Source: the human T2T-CHM13v2.0 reference genome, Homo sapiens | Assembly (NCBI RefSeq): GCF_009914755.1 | Contig: NC_060931.1 | DNA length: 64,000 nucleotides | Direction: 5' to 3' (one strand) | Shown here: piece by piece, positions 11,256 through 22,650 of the stretch | Layout of the letters: the number at the start of each line of letters is the position of its first letter | How positions within the stretch are numbered: position 1 is the first letter of the stretch | The notes under the pieces: model-generated | The model's database searches: none | The model's input: only the letters and a program-made list of their open reading frames with translations | Told to the model about the DNA's origin: nothing | Translations under genes and position numbers: made by a program

Positions 11256-14200
11256 GATAGCTTCTGTCTAACTTTTATCTGGTGATATTCAGTTTTTACC
11301 CATGGGCTTCAATGAGATCCAATATGTCCCTTGGCAGACTTTCCAAACAGAGTGTTTCCAACCTGCTGAATCAAAAGAAATGTTTAATTCTTTGAGAAGA
11401 ATCAAAATATCACAAAGAAGATGCACAGATAGCTTCTTTCCAGTTTTTATCTGGGGATATTCAGTTTTCCCCATAGGCCTCAATGGGCTCCAAAATGCCC
11501 CTTCATATATTCTCCAAAGAACTATTTCCAAACTGCTGAATCAAAAGAAACTTGGACTCTGTGAGATGAATCCACACACCACAAACATTGTCATGGATGG
11601 ATATTTCCTAGTCTTTATCAGGGAATATTCACTTTTTTTCCATATGCCTCAATGTGCTCCCAAATGTCCCTTTGCAGATTCTCCAAAAAAGTGTTTTCAA
11701 CCTGCTGAATCAAACGAAAAATTTAATTCTGTGAGATGAATCCACACATCAGAAAGAAGTTTCAAAAATTGTTTCTTTCTAATTTTAATCTCAAGATATT
11801 CTGTATTTCCCCATATCCCTCAATTGACTTTCAAATGTCCCTTTGCAGATTTTCCAAAGATAGTGTATCCAACCTGCTGAATCAAAAGAGGGATAATTTT
11901 ATTAGATGGATCCACACATCACAAAGCAGTTTCACAGATAGCTTCTTACTGGTTTTTTATCTGGGGATATTTGCTTTTTCCCAATAGGCCTCAATGGGCT
12001 CCCAAACGACCATTTGCAGATTCTTTAAAATGAGTGTTTTATTCCTACTGAATCAAACAAAATCTTAACATCTGTGTCATGAATACACACATCACAAATG
12101 AGTTTCTCAGATAAATTGTTTCCAGTTTTTATCTGGGGATATTCGGTTTTTCTCCATAGTCCCAATGGGCTCCCAAATGTCCCTCTGCAGATTGTACATA
12201 AAGAGTGTTTCCAACCAGCAGAATCAAAAGAAACTTTTATCTCTGCAAGATGAATGCACACGTCACAAGGCAGCTTCAGAGATAGCTTCTTTCTAGTTTT
12301 TATGTGGGGATATTCTGTTTTTTTCCCATTGGCCTCAATGGGCTCCCAAATGTCCCTTCAAAGATTCTACAAAAGGAGTCTTTCCAACCTGAGAATCAAA
12401 AGAAAGGCTTAACTCTCTGAGATGAATCTGCACTTCACAAAGCAATTTCACAGATATATTCTTTTTAGTTTTTGTCTGAGGTTATTCAGGTTTTCCCCCT
12501 AGGCCTCAATGGGCTCCCAATTGTCCCTTCACAGATACTCCAAAAAGAGTGTTTACAATGTTCTGAATGAAAAGAAAGGTTTAATTCTCTGAGATGAATG
12601 CACATATTACAAAGCATTTTCTCAGATAGCTTCCTTCTAGTTTTTATCCACAGTTATTCACTTTTTCACCATTGGCCTCAAGGACCTCCCAACTGTCCAT
12701 TAGCAGAATGGACAAAAACTGTTTCAAAACAGCTGAAACAAAAGAAAGGTTTAACTCTGTGAGATGAACATACACATCACAAAGCAGTTTCTCAGAAAGC
12801 TTCTTTCTAGTTTTTATCTGAAGATATTTTCTTTTTCATCATATGCCTCAATGCACTCCCAAATGTCCCTTCACAGATTCTACAAAAACAGTGTTTCCAA
12901 ACTGCTGACTAAAAATGAAGGTTTACCTATGTGGGTTGAATGCACACATATCAAAGCAGTTTCTCAGAAAGCTTCTTTCTAGTTTTTATTGGAAGATATT
13001 TTCTTTATGACTATAGACCTCAATGCACTCCCAAATGTCCTATTGCAGAATGGACAAAAACAGTGTTTCCAAACTGCTGAACCAAAAGAAAGGTTTAACT
13101 CTGCAAGATGAATGCACACATCACAAAGTGGCTTCTCAGATAGCATCCTTCTGGTTTATATCTCAGGATTTTCTCTTTTTCGCCATTGGCCTCAATGACC
13201 TCCCAAATATTCCTTCAGAGATTCTACAATATCAGTGTTTCCAAACGGTTGAGTGAAATGAAACGTTTCATTCTGCTAGATGAATGCACACATCACAGAG
13301 CGGTTTCTCAAATAGCATAATTCTAGTTTTTATCCTGGGGTATTCACTTTTTCAGCATTGGCCTCGATGAGCTTCAAAATGTCGATACCCACAGTGGACA
13401 AAAACAGTTTTACCAAATTTCTGAATCAAAAGAAAGATTTAATCTTGTGAGATAAATACACACATCACAAAGCGGTTTCTCAGAAATCTTCTTTCTAGTT
13501 TTTATCTGAAGGTAATTTCTTTTTCAACATAGGCTTCCATATGCTCCCAAATATCCCTTTGCAGATTCTATAAAAAAAGTGTTTCCAACCTTTGAATAAA
13601 AAGAAAGGTTTAATTCTGTGAGATGAATGCACACATATCAAAGCAGTTTCTCAGGTAGCTTCCTTCTACTTTTTATCCTGGAATATTCCCTTCTTCACCA
13701 TTTGCCTCAAAGAGCTCCTAAATGTCCGTTCACAGAATGGACAAAAACAGTGTTTCCCAAACTGCTGAATCTAAAGAAAGGTTTAACTCTGTGAGATAAA
13801 TGCACACATCACAAAACTGTTTCTCAGAAAGCTTCTTTCTAGATTTACCAGAAGATATTTACTTTTTCATCATAGCCTCAACATTCTCCCAAATATCCCT
13901 TTGCAAATTCTACAAAAACAGTGTTTCCAAACTGCTGAATCTAAAGAAAGGCTTAATTATGTGAGTTGAATGCACAAGTCAGAAACCAGTTTCTCATAAA
14001 GATTCTTTCTAGTTTTATCACAAGACATTTTCTATGTCACCATATTACTCAAAGCTCTCCTAAATGTTCATGCACAGAATGTACAAAAACACTATTTCCA
14101 AACTGTTGAATGAAAAGAAATGTTTATCTCTGTGAGATGAATGCACACATCACAAAGTGGTTTCTCAGATAGCTTTCTTCTAGTTTTTATCTTGGTATTT

Positions 14201-17180
14201 TCGCTTTTTCACAATTGGCCTCAATTTGCTCCCAGATGTCCATTATCAGAAAGGATAAAAACAGAGTGTCCAAACTGCTGAATCAAAGGACAGGTTTAAC
14301 TCCATGAGATGAATGTGCACATCACAAAGCAGTTTATCAGAAAACTTCTTTTTAGTTTTTTTCAGAAGATATTTCCTTTTTCACCACAGGCCTCAATGCA
14401 CTCCCAAATGACCTTTCACAGAATGGTCAAAAACAGTCTTTCCAAACTACTGAATCAAAAGAACTGTTTAACTCTGTGAGACAAATGCACACATCACTAA
14501 GCAGTTTCTTGGAAAGCTTATTTCTAGTTTTTATCCGAATATATTTTTTCACCATAGGCCTTATTTGGCTTCCAAATATCCCTTTACAGATTCTCCAAAA
14601 AGAGTGTTTCCAACCTGTTGAATCAAAAGAAATGTTTTCCTCTGTGAAATGAATCCACACATCAGACAGCAGTTTCACAGAAAACTTCTTTCTAGTTTTT
14701 ATATGGGCATATTCAGTTATTTCCCATAGGCCATGATGGGCTTTCAATTTTCCCTTTGCACATTCTCCAAAGGGGAGTGTTCCCAAAATGTTGAAACAAA
14801 AGAAAAGCTTAAGTCTGTGAGATGAATCCACAGATTATAAAGCTGTTTCAGTAATAGCTCTTTTCTATTTTTTTATCTGAAGATATTTGGTTTTGATTTA
14901 TAGGCCTCAATGGGCTTTCAGTTGTCCCTTCACAGATTCTACAGAAAGAGTGTTTCCAACACATTCAATCAACAGAAAGGTGCAATTCTGTGAGATTAAT
15001 CCACACATCACGGAGCATATCCACAGATAGCTTCTTTCTATTTTTATCTTGTGGTATTGTGTTTTTCCCCATAGGCCTCAATGTGCTCCAAAATTTCCCT
15101 TCGTAGATCCTCCAAAGAGACTATTTCCCACCTGCTGAATCAACAGAAATGTTTAACTCTGTGAGATGAATCCATGCATTACAACACAGTTTCACCAACT
15201 GATCCTTTCTAGTTTTTCTCTGGGGATTTTCAGTTTTTCCCCATAGGCCTCGATGGGCTCTAAAATGTCAGTTCACAGATTCTCCAAAAAAAGTGTTTAG
15301 AACCTTCCAAATGAAAAGAAAGGTTTAATTCTGTGAGATGAATCCACTCACCACAAAGCAGTTTTAAAGATAGTTTCTTTCTTGTTTTCATCTAATGATA
15401 TTTTTTCTTTCCCCATAGGCCTCAATGGGCTTATTAATATCCCTTTACAGATTATCAAAAAAAAGTTTTGCCAACCTACTGAATCAAAAGAGTGGTTTAA
15501 CTCTGTTAGAAGAATCCACAAATCACAAAACGGTTTCACAGATAGCTTCTTTCTTGCTCTTATCTGGGGATATTCAGTTTTTCCCGTAGGACTCAATAGG
15601 CTCCCAAATATCTCTTCGTAGATTCTCCAAAAAGAGTGTTTCCAAACTGCTGTGTCAAAAGAAAGTTTTAAAAATTTTAGATGAATCCACACATCACAAA
15701 GCGGTTTCGCAGATAGATTCTTTCTATTTTTTATCTGGGGATATTCCGTTTTTCCCATAGGACTCAATGGGCTCTGAAATGTCCCTTCACAGATTCATAA
15801 ACCAGAGTGTTTTCAACGTGCTGAATCAAAAAAAAAAAAAAAAGTTTAACTCTGTGAGATGAATCCACACATCACAAAGGAGTTTCACCAATAGATTCTT
15901 TCTAACTTTTTTCTGGGTATATTCCGTTTTCATCTTTTGGCCTGAGTTAGCTCCCAAATGTACCATCATAGATTCTCCAAAATTGTGTTTCCAACATGCT
16001 GTATCAAAAGAAAAGCTTATCTCTGTGAGATGAATCCACACATCATAAAGCAGTTTCACAGGTAGCTTTTTTCTAGTTTTTATCTGACTATATTCAGTTT
16101 TTAAACATAGCCCTCAATGCTCTCCCATATGTCTCTTCACAGATTCTCCAAAACAAGTGTTCTTACCTGCTGAATCAAAACAAAAGTATAACTCTATAAG
16201 ATGAATCCATACCTCTTAAGGCAAGTTCACAGATAGGTTCTGTCTAGTTTTTAATTCTAGATATTCTGGTTTTTCCCATAGACCTCAATAAGCTCCAAAA
16301 TGTCCCTTCACAGATTATCTAAAAAGAGTGTTTCCAGACTGCTTCATCAAAACAAAGGTTTTTCTGTATGAGATGAATTCACACATCACAAAGCAGTCTC
16401 ACAGAAAGATTCTTTCTAGTTTTTATATGGGCATAATCTGTTTTTCCCCATATTCCCCCATGGTCTCCTAAATGTCCCTTGGCATATTCTACAAGAAGAG
16501 TGTTTCCAACCTGTTGAATTAAAAGAAAGGTTTACCTCTGTGAGATAAATCCAACATCACTAAGCAGTTTCACAGGTAGCATCTTTCTAGTTTTTATCTT
16601 GGCATATTCTGTTTTTCCCCATAGCCCTGAATGGGCTCCAAAGTGTCCATTCACAGATTCTCCAATTAGAGTGTTTCCAATCTGCTGAATCAAAAGAAAG
16701 GTTTAACTCTGTGAGATGAATTGACAAATCACAAGGGAGGTAAACAGATAGCGTTTTTGTAGTTTTTATATGGGGATATTCAGGTTTTTCACATAGCCCT
16801 CAATTGGCTCTCAAATGTCCTTTTGCAGATTCTCCAAAAAGAGTTTTTCCAACCTGCTGAATCAAAAGAAAGGCTTAACACTTTGAGATGAATCCAAACG
16901 TCACAAAGCAGTTTCACAGATGGCTTGTTTATATTTTTTTGTGGGGATATTCTTTTTATCCCCATAAGCCTCAATGAGCTCACAAATGTCCATTCAAAGA
17001 TTCTACAAAAAGAGTGTTTCCAACCTGCTAAATCAAAATAAAGTTTTAACTTGCTGAGATGAATCCAGACATTGCAAAGCAGTATCACAGATAGATCATT
17101 TCCAGTTTTTATCTGGGATATCCAATTTTACCCCTAGGCCTCAATGGGCTCCAAAATTTCCCTTTGCAGGTTCTTAAAAA
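11256..17180 (-). repeat. Inverted block of old alpha satellite (~5.9 kb, ~35 monomers)
   Basis: Motifs appear as reverse complements (GTGAGATGAATCCACACATCACAAAGCAGTTTCACAGATAGCTTCTTTCTAGTTTT) from 11256 to ~17180. Satellite-derived pseudo-peptides in the ORF track also switch strand here. Confidence 0.97.
12590..14550 (-). repeat. Dimeric ancient alpha-satellite sub-layer (~342-bp period), possibly Oa/Na (SF8)-type
   Basis: GAATGCACACATC/TTTCTCAGA variants replace GAATCCACACATC/TTTCACAGA. A GAATGGACAAAAAC-type motif occurs at ~12706, 13048, 13393, 13735 and 14077 (342-345 bp apart), alternating with GATTCTACAAAAAC monomers. The family name is tentative. Confidence 0.7.
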
Positions 17181-17188
17181 AAAAATCA

Positions 17189-20100
17189 GAAAAACCGAAT
17201 ATTTGCAGATAAAAGCTAGAAAGAAGCTATTTGTGAAAATGCTTTGTGATATGTGGATTCATCTCACAGAATTAAACTTTATTTGATTCAACAGGTTGGA
17301 AACATTCTTTATGGTGAAACTGTGAAGAAATATTTTGGAGTCCATTAATACTTAAGGAGAAAAATTGAATATTTTCAGACAAAAACTAGAAAGAAGCTAT
17401 CTGTGAAACTGCTTTGTGTCTCGTGGATTCATCTCAGAGTTAAAATTTTGTTTAGATTCAGCAAGTTGGAAACACTCTCGTTGGAGAATCTGTGAAGGGA
17501 CATTTGTAGCCCACTGAGGCCTTTGGGGAAAAACAGAATATCCCCAGATAAAAGGTAGAAAGAACCTATCTTGAAAGCAGCTTTGTGAAGTGTGGATTCA
17601 TCTCACAGAGTTACACCTTTCTTTTGATTCAGCAGGTTGGAATCACTCTTTTTGGAGAATCTGCGAGGGGACATTTTGGAGTGCACTGAGGCCTATGGGG
17701 AAAAACCAAATATACCCAGGTAAAAATTAGAAAAAACTATCTGTGAAAGTAGTTTGGGTTGTGTGGGTTCATCTTACAGATGAACCATCATCTTAAGATG
17801 AATCATCTTACAGATGATTCAGCAAGTTGGAAACACTCTTTTTGTAGAATCTGCTAAGGCAAATTCCAGAGCACTTTGAGGCTTGGTAGGAAAACCGAAT
17901 ATGCCCAGATAAAAACTAGAAAGAAGGTATCTGTGACACTGCTTTTTGTTGTGTGGATTCATTTCACAACATTCAACTTTTCTTTTGATTCAGCAGATTG
18001 GAAACACTCTTTTCAGATAATCTGCCAAGGGACATTTGGGAGTCCATCGAGGGCTATGGGGAATACAGAATAACCCCAGATATAAACTAGAAAGGAGCTA
18101 TCTGTGAAACTGCTTTGGAATGTACGGATTCACTGCATAGAGTTAAACCTATTTTTTTGTTCATCAAGTGGGAAACACTCTATTTGGAAAATCTGCATTG
18201 GAACATTTGGAAGCTTATTGAGGCCTATGGGGAAAACAAAATATCCCCATATGAAAACTAGGAAGAAGCTATTTGTGAAACTGCTTTGTGATGTGTGCAT
18301 TCATCTCAAAGAATTAAAACTTTTTCTTGATTCAGCAGGTTGAAAACACTTTTTGGAGAATCTGTGAAGGGACATCTCAGAAGCCATAGAGGCCCATTGG
18401 GAAAAACTGAATATCCCCAGATTAATACGAGAAAAAAGTTATCTGTGAAACTTCTTTGGGATGTGTGGATTCATCTCACAGAGTTAAGCCTTTCTTTTGA
18501 ATCAGCAGGTTGGAAACACTCTTTTCAGAGAATCTGTGGAGGGACATTTGGGAGCCATTTGAGGCCTATGGGGAGCAACTGAATATCCCCAGATAAAAAC
18601 TAGAAAGAAGCTATCTGTGAAACTGCTTTCTGATGTGTGGATTCATTTCACCAAGTTAAAATATTCTTTTGACTCAGCAGGTCGGAAATATTCCCTTTGG
18701 ATAATCAGGTGAAGGGATATTTGGGTGCTTATTGAGGTCTATGAGAAAAAAACAGAATATCCTCTGATGGAAACTAGAAAGAAGTTATCTGGGAAACTTC
18801 TTTGTGATGTGTGGATTGGTCTCACAGAGTTAAACATTTTTTCTGATTCAGCAGATTGGAAAGACATTTTTGTAGAATCTGCAAAAAGATATTTGGGAGA
18901 TCATTGAGGACCAAGGAAAAAACAGAGTATCCTTAGTAACTAGAAAGATGCTAATGTGACAGTGCTTTGTGATGTGTCACTTTATCTTACAGAGTTATAC
19001 TTTTCTCTTGATTCAGCCGTTTGGAAAAACTCTGATTGTAGAACCTGTGGAAAAAAAAAACACTGGGGAGTCCACTGAGGCTTCCAGATAAAAACCGAAT
19101 TTCCCTAGGAAATAAACTACAAAGAAGCTGTCTGTGAAACTGCTTTTTGATGTGTGGATTCACCTCACAGAGTTAAGCCTGCCTCTTGATTCAGCAGGTT
19201 GCAAACATACTTTTTGTAGAATATACAAAAAGAATTTGGGGGCCCATTGAGGACTATGGGAAAAAATGGAATATCCCCAGATAGTGACTAGAAAGAAGGT
19301 ATCTGTGAAACTGCTTCGTGATGGGAAGATTCATCTCACAGAGTTAAATCTTTCTTTTGGTTCAGCAGGCTGGAAACACTCTTTATGGACAATCTGCGAA
19401 GAGACAATTGGTAGCCCATTGAGATCTATGGGGAAAAATGAATATCCCCAGATAAAAACCAGAGAGAAGCTATCTGTGAGACTGCTTTGAAATGTGAGGA
19501 GTCATCTCACAGAATTAAACCCTACTTTTCATTCAGCAGGTTGGAGACACTCTTTTTGGAGGATAGGTTAAGGGACATTTGGGAACCCTTTGAGACCTAT
19601 GGAGAAAAACAGAATATCCCCAGATAAAAACTAGAGAGAGGCTATCTGTGAAAGTGCTTTGTGATGCACGGATTCATTTCATGGAGGTAAGCCATTCTTT
19701 CAATTCAGCTGGCTAGAAGTTCCCTTTTTGGAGAATCCATAAATGGACATTTGGGAGCCCATTGAAACCTATGGGGAAAATCAAATATCCCTACATAAAA
19801 ACTAGAAAGAAGGTATCACTGAAGCTGCTTTGTGATGTGTGGATCTATGTCACAGAGATAAAGCTTTCTTTTGATTCAACAGGTTGGAAGCACTCCTTTT
19901 CAAGGATCTCCGAAGGGATATTTGCAAGCCTCTTAAGGCCTGTGGAAAAAAACAGAATATCTCCAGATAGAAACTAGAAAGGAGCTATCTGTGAAACTGC
20001 TTTGTGATATGTGGATTTATCTCACATTGTTAAACTTTTATTTTGATTCAGGAAGTTAGAAACACTTTTTTTTGGAGAATGTCCAAAAAGACATTTGGAA

Positions 20101-22650
20101 GCCCATTGAGGCCTAGAGGCAAAACTGAACATCCCCACATAAAAATTAGAAAGAAGCTATCTGTGAAACTGCTTTGTGATGTGTAGATTCATCTCACAGA
20201 GTTAAATATTTCTTTTGATTCGACAGGTTTAAACACCCTTTTTGGAGCATCTACTAGGGGCCATGTGGGAGACCATTGAGGCCAAATGAAAAACATCAAA
20301 TATACACAGAAAAAACTAGACAGAAGCTATCTGTGAAACTGCTTTTTGATATGTGCATTTATATCGTATATTTAAACATTTTTTATTTAGCTGGTTGGAA
20401 ACAGTATTTTTGATAATCTGTGAAGGGATATTTTGGAGTCCTTTGTGACTTATGGGGAAAAACTGACTATACCTATATTAAAAACTAGAAAGAATCAATC
20501 TGAGAAACTGCTTCATGTTGTGTGGATTAATCTCACAGAATTAAAACTTTCTTTTCATTCAGTTTCCAAAAAGTTGGAAACACTTTTTGGAACAGCTGCA
20601 AAGGTACATTTGGGAGTTTGTGGAGGTCTATGGGAAAAACAGAATATCCCTAGATAAAAACTAGAAAGAAGATAACTGTAAAACTGCTTTTTAATGTCTG
20701 GATTCATCTCACATAGTTAAACTTTCCTTTGATTTAACAGGTTGGGAACACTTTTTTTTGTAGAATCAGCAAAAGGAAATTTGGGAGCACATTGAGGCCT
20801 GTGGGGCAAAACTGAATAGACCCAGATAAAAAATAGAAAGAAGGAATCTGTGAATCTGCAAATCAGTTTGTGATGTGTGCATTCTTCTCACAGAGTTAAA
20901 CTTTTCTTTTTATTTGGCAGGTTGGAAACACTTTTTATGTAGAATCTGTTAAGGGACATTTGGGAGCCCATTGAGGCTTAAGGGGAAAAACAAATATCTC
21001 CAGATAGAAAGAAGCTATCTTTGAAACTGCTTTGTGATTTTGGGATTCATCTCATGGAGTTAAACTGTTCTTTTGATTCAGCAGGATGGAAACACTCACT
21101 TTGGAAAATCTGTGAAGGAAAATTGAAAAGCCTTTTGAGGCCTATGGAAAAATAAATATCCCCAGAAAAAACTAGAAAGAAGCAATCTGTGAAGCTGCGT
21201 TGAGATGTGCTGCTCATCTCACAAAATTAAAGTTTTCTTTTCATTCAGTAGGCTGGAGTTACTCTAATTGAGGAAATATTCAATGGACATTTGGGAGTCC
21301 ATTGTGGCTTAGGGGAAAAACCAAATATCGCCAGATAAACAGTAGAAAGAAGCTATCTGTAAAATTCCTTTGTTAGGTGGGCATTCATCTCACAGATTTA
21401 AAACTCTTTTATGGAATCAGCAGGTGAAAAATTTTTTTTTGCAGAAACTGTGAAGGGATATTTGAGAGCCCATTGAGGCCTATGTGGAAAAATCATATTT
21501 CCCCAGATAAAAACTTGAAAGAAGCTACCTGTGAAATTTCTTTGTGATGTGTGGATTCATTAAACAGAATTAAACCTTTCTTTTTATTCAGCAGGTGTGA
21601 AACACACTTTTTGTAGAATCTGAGAAGGGACATTTGGGAACCCATTGAGACCTATGAGGCAAAATGAAATATCCCTAGATAAATACAAGAAAGAAACTAA
21701 GAGTGAAACTGCTTTGTGGTTTCTGGATTCATCTCATAACGTTAAACCTGTCTTTTGATTCAGCAGGTTGGAAACAGTATTTGGAGAAACTGTGAAGAGA
21801 CAGTTGGGAGCCCATTGAAGCCTATGAGGAAAAACCAAATATACTTACATTAAAACTAGGAAGAAGATATCTGTGAAACTGCTCTGTGATGTGTTGATTC
21901 ATCTCACAGAGTTATAACTTTCTTTTAATTCAACAGCTTGGAAACACTGTTTTTGGAGGATCTGTGAACAAATATTGGGGATTCCATTGAGGCCTATAAG
22001 AAAAATCTGAATATCCCTAGATAAAAATTAGAAAGAAGCTATACATGAAACTGATTTGGGGTGTACGGATTAATCTCATAGCGTTAAAGCTTTCTTTTGA
22101 TTCAGTAGGTTGGGAAAACTCTTTTCAAAGAATATATAGAGGGACATTTGGGAGCCAAATGTGGCCTACTGGGAAAAACTGAATATCCACAGATAAAAAC
22201 TAGAAAGAAGCCCTCCCTGAAAATGTTTGGGTTATGTGGATTCATCTTACAAATTTAAACCTTTCTTTTGATTCAGCAGGTTGGAAAACATTTTTTGGAG
22301 ATTCTGCAAAGGGACATTTTGAAGCTCATTGAAGCCTGGGGCAAAATTGATTATCCCAAGATAAAAAATAGAAAGAAGCTATCTGTGAAACTGCTTTGTA
22401 ATGTCGGGATTCACCTAAGAGAGTTAAAACTCTCTTTTGTGTCAGCAGATTGGATAGACCCTTTCTGTGGAATCTGCAAAGGGACATTTGGAGCCCTTGG
22501 AGGCCAACGGGAAAAAACAGAACATCCCCAAATAAAAAGTATAAAGAAGCTATCTGTGAAACTGTGTTGTAATGGGTACATTCATATCAAAGAGTTAAAA
22601 CTTTCTTTTGATTCAACAGTTTTGAAAAACTCTTTTTGCAGAAACTGCAA
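17189..22650 (+). repeat. Divergent monomeric alpha satellite adjoining the SF1 domain
   Basis: Forward orientation resumes at GAAAAACCGAATATTTGCAGATAAAAGCTAGAAAGAAGC. Monomers are the GGTTGG/TATGGGG type with no CENP-B boxes seen. Confidence 0.96.
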
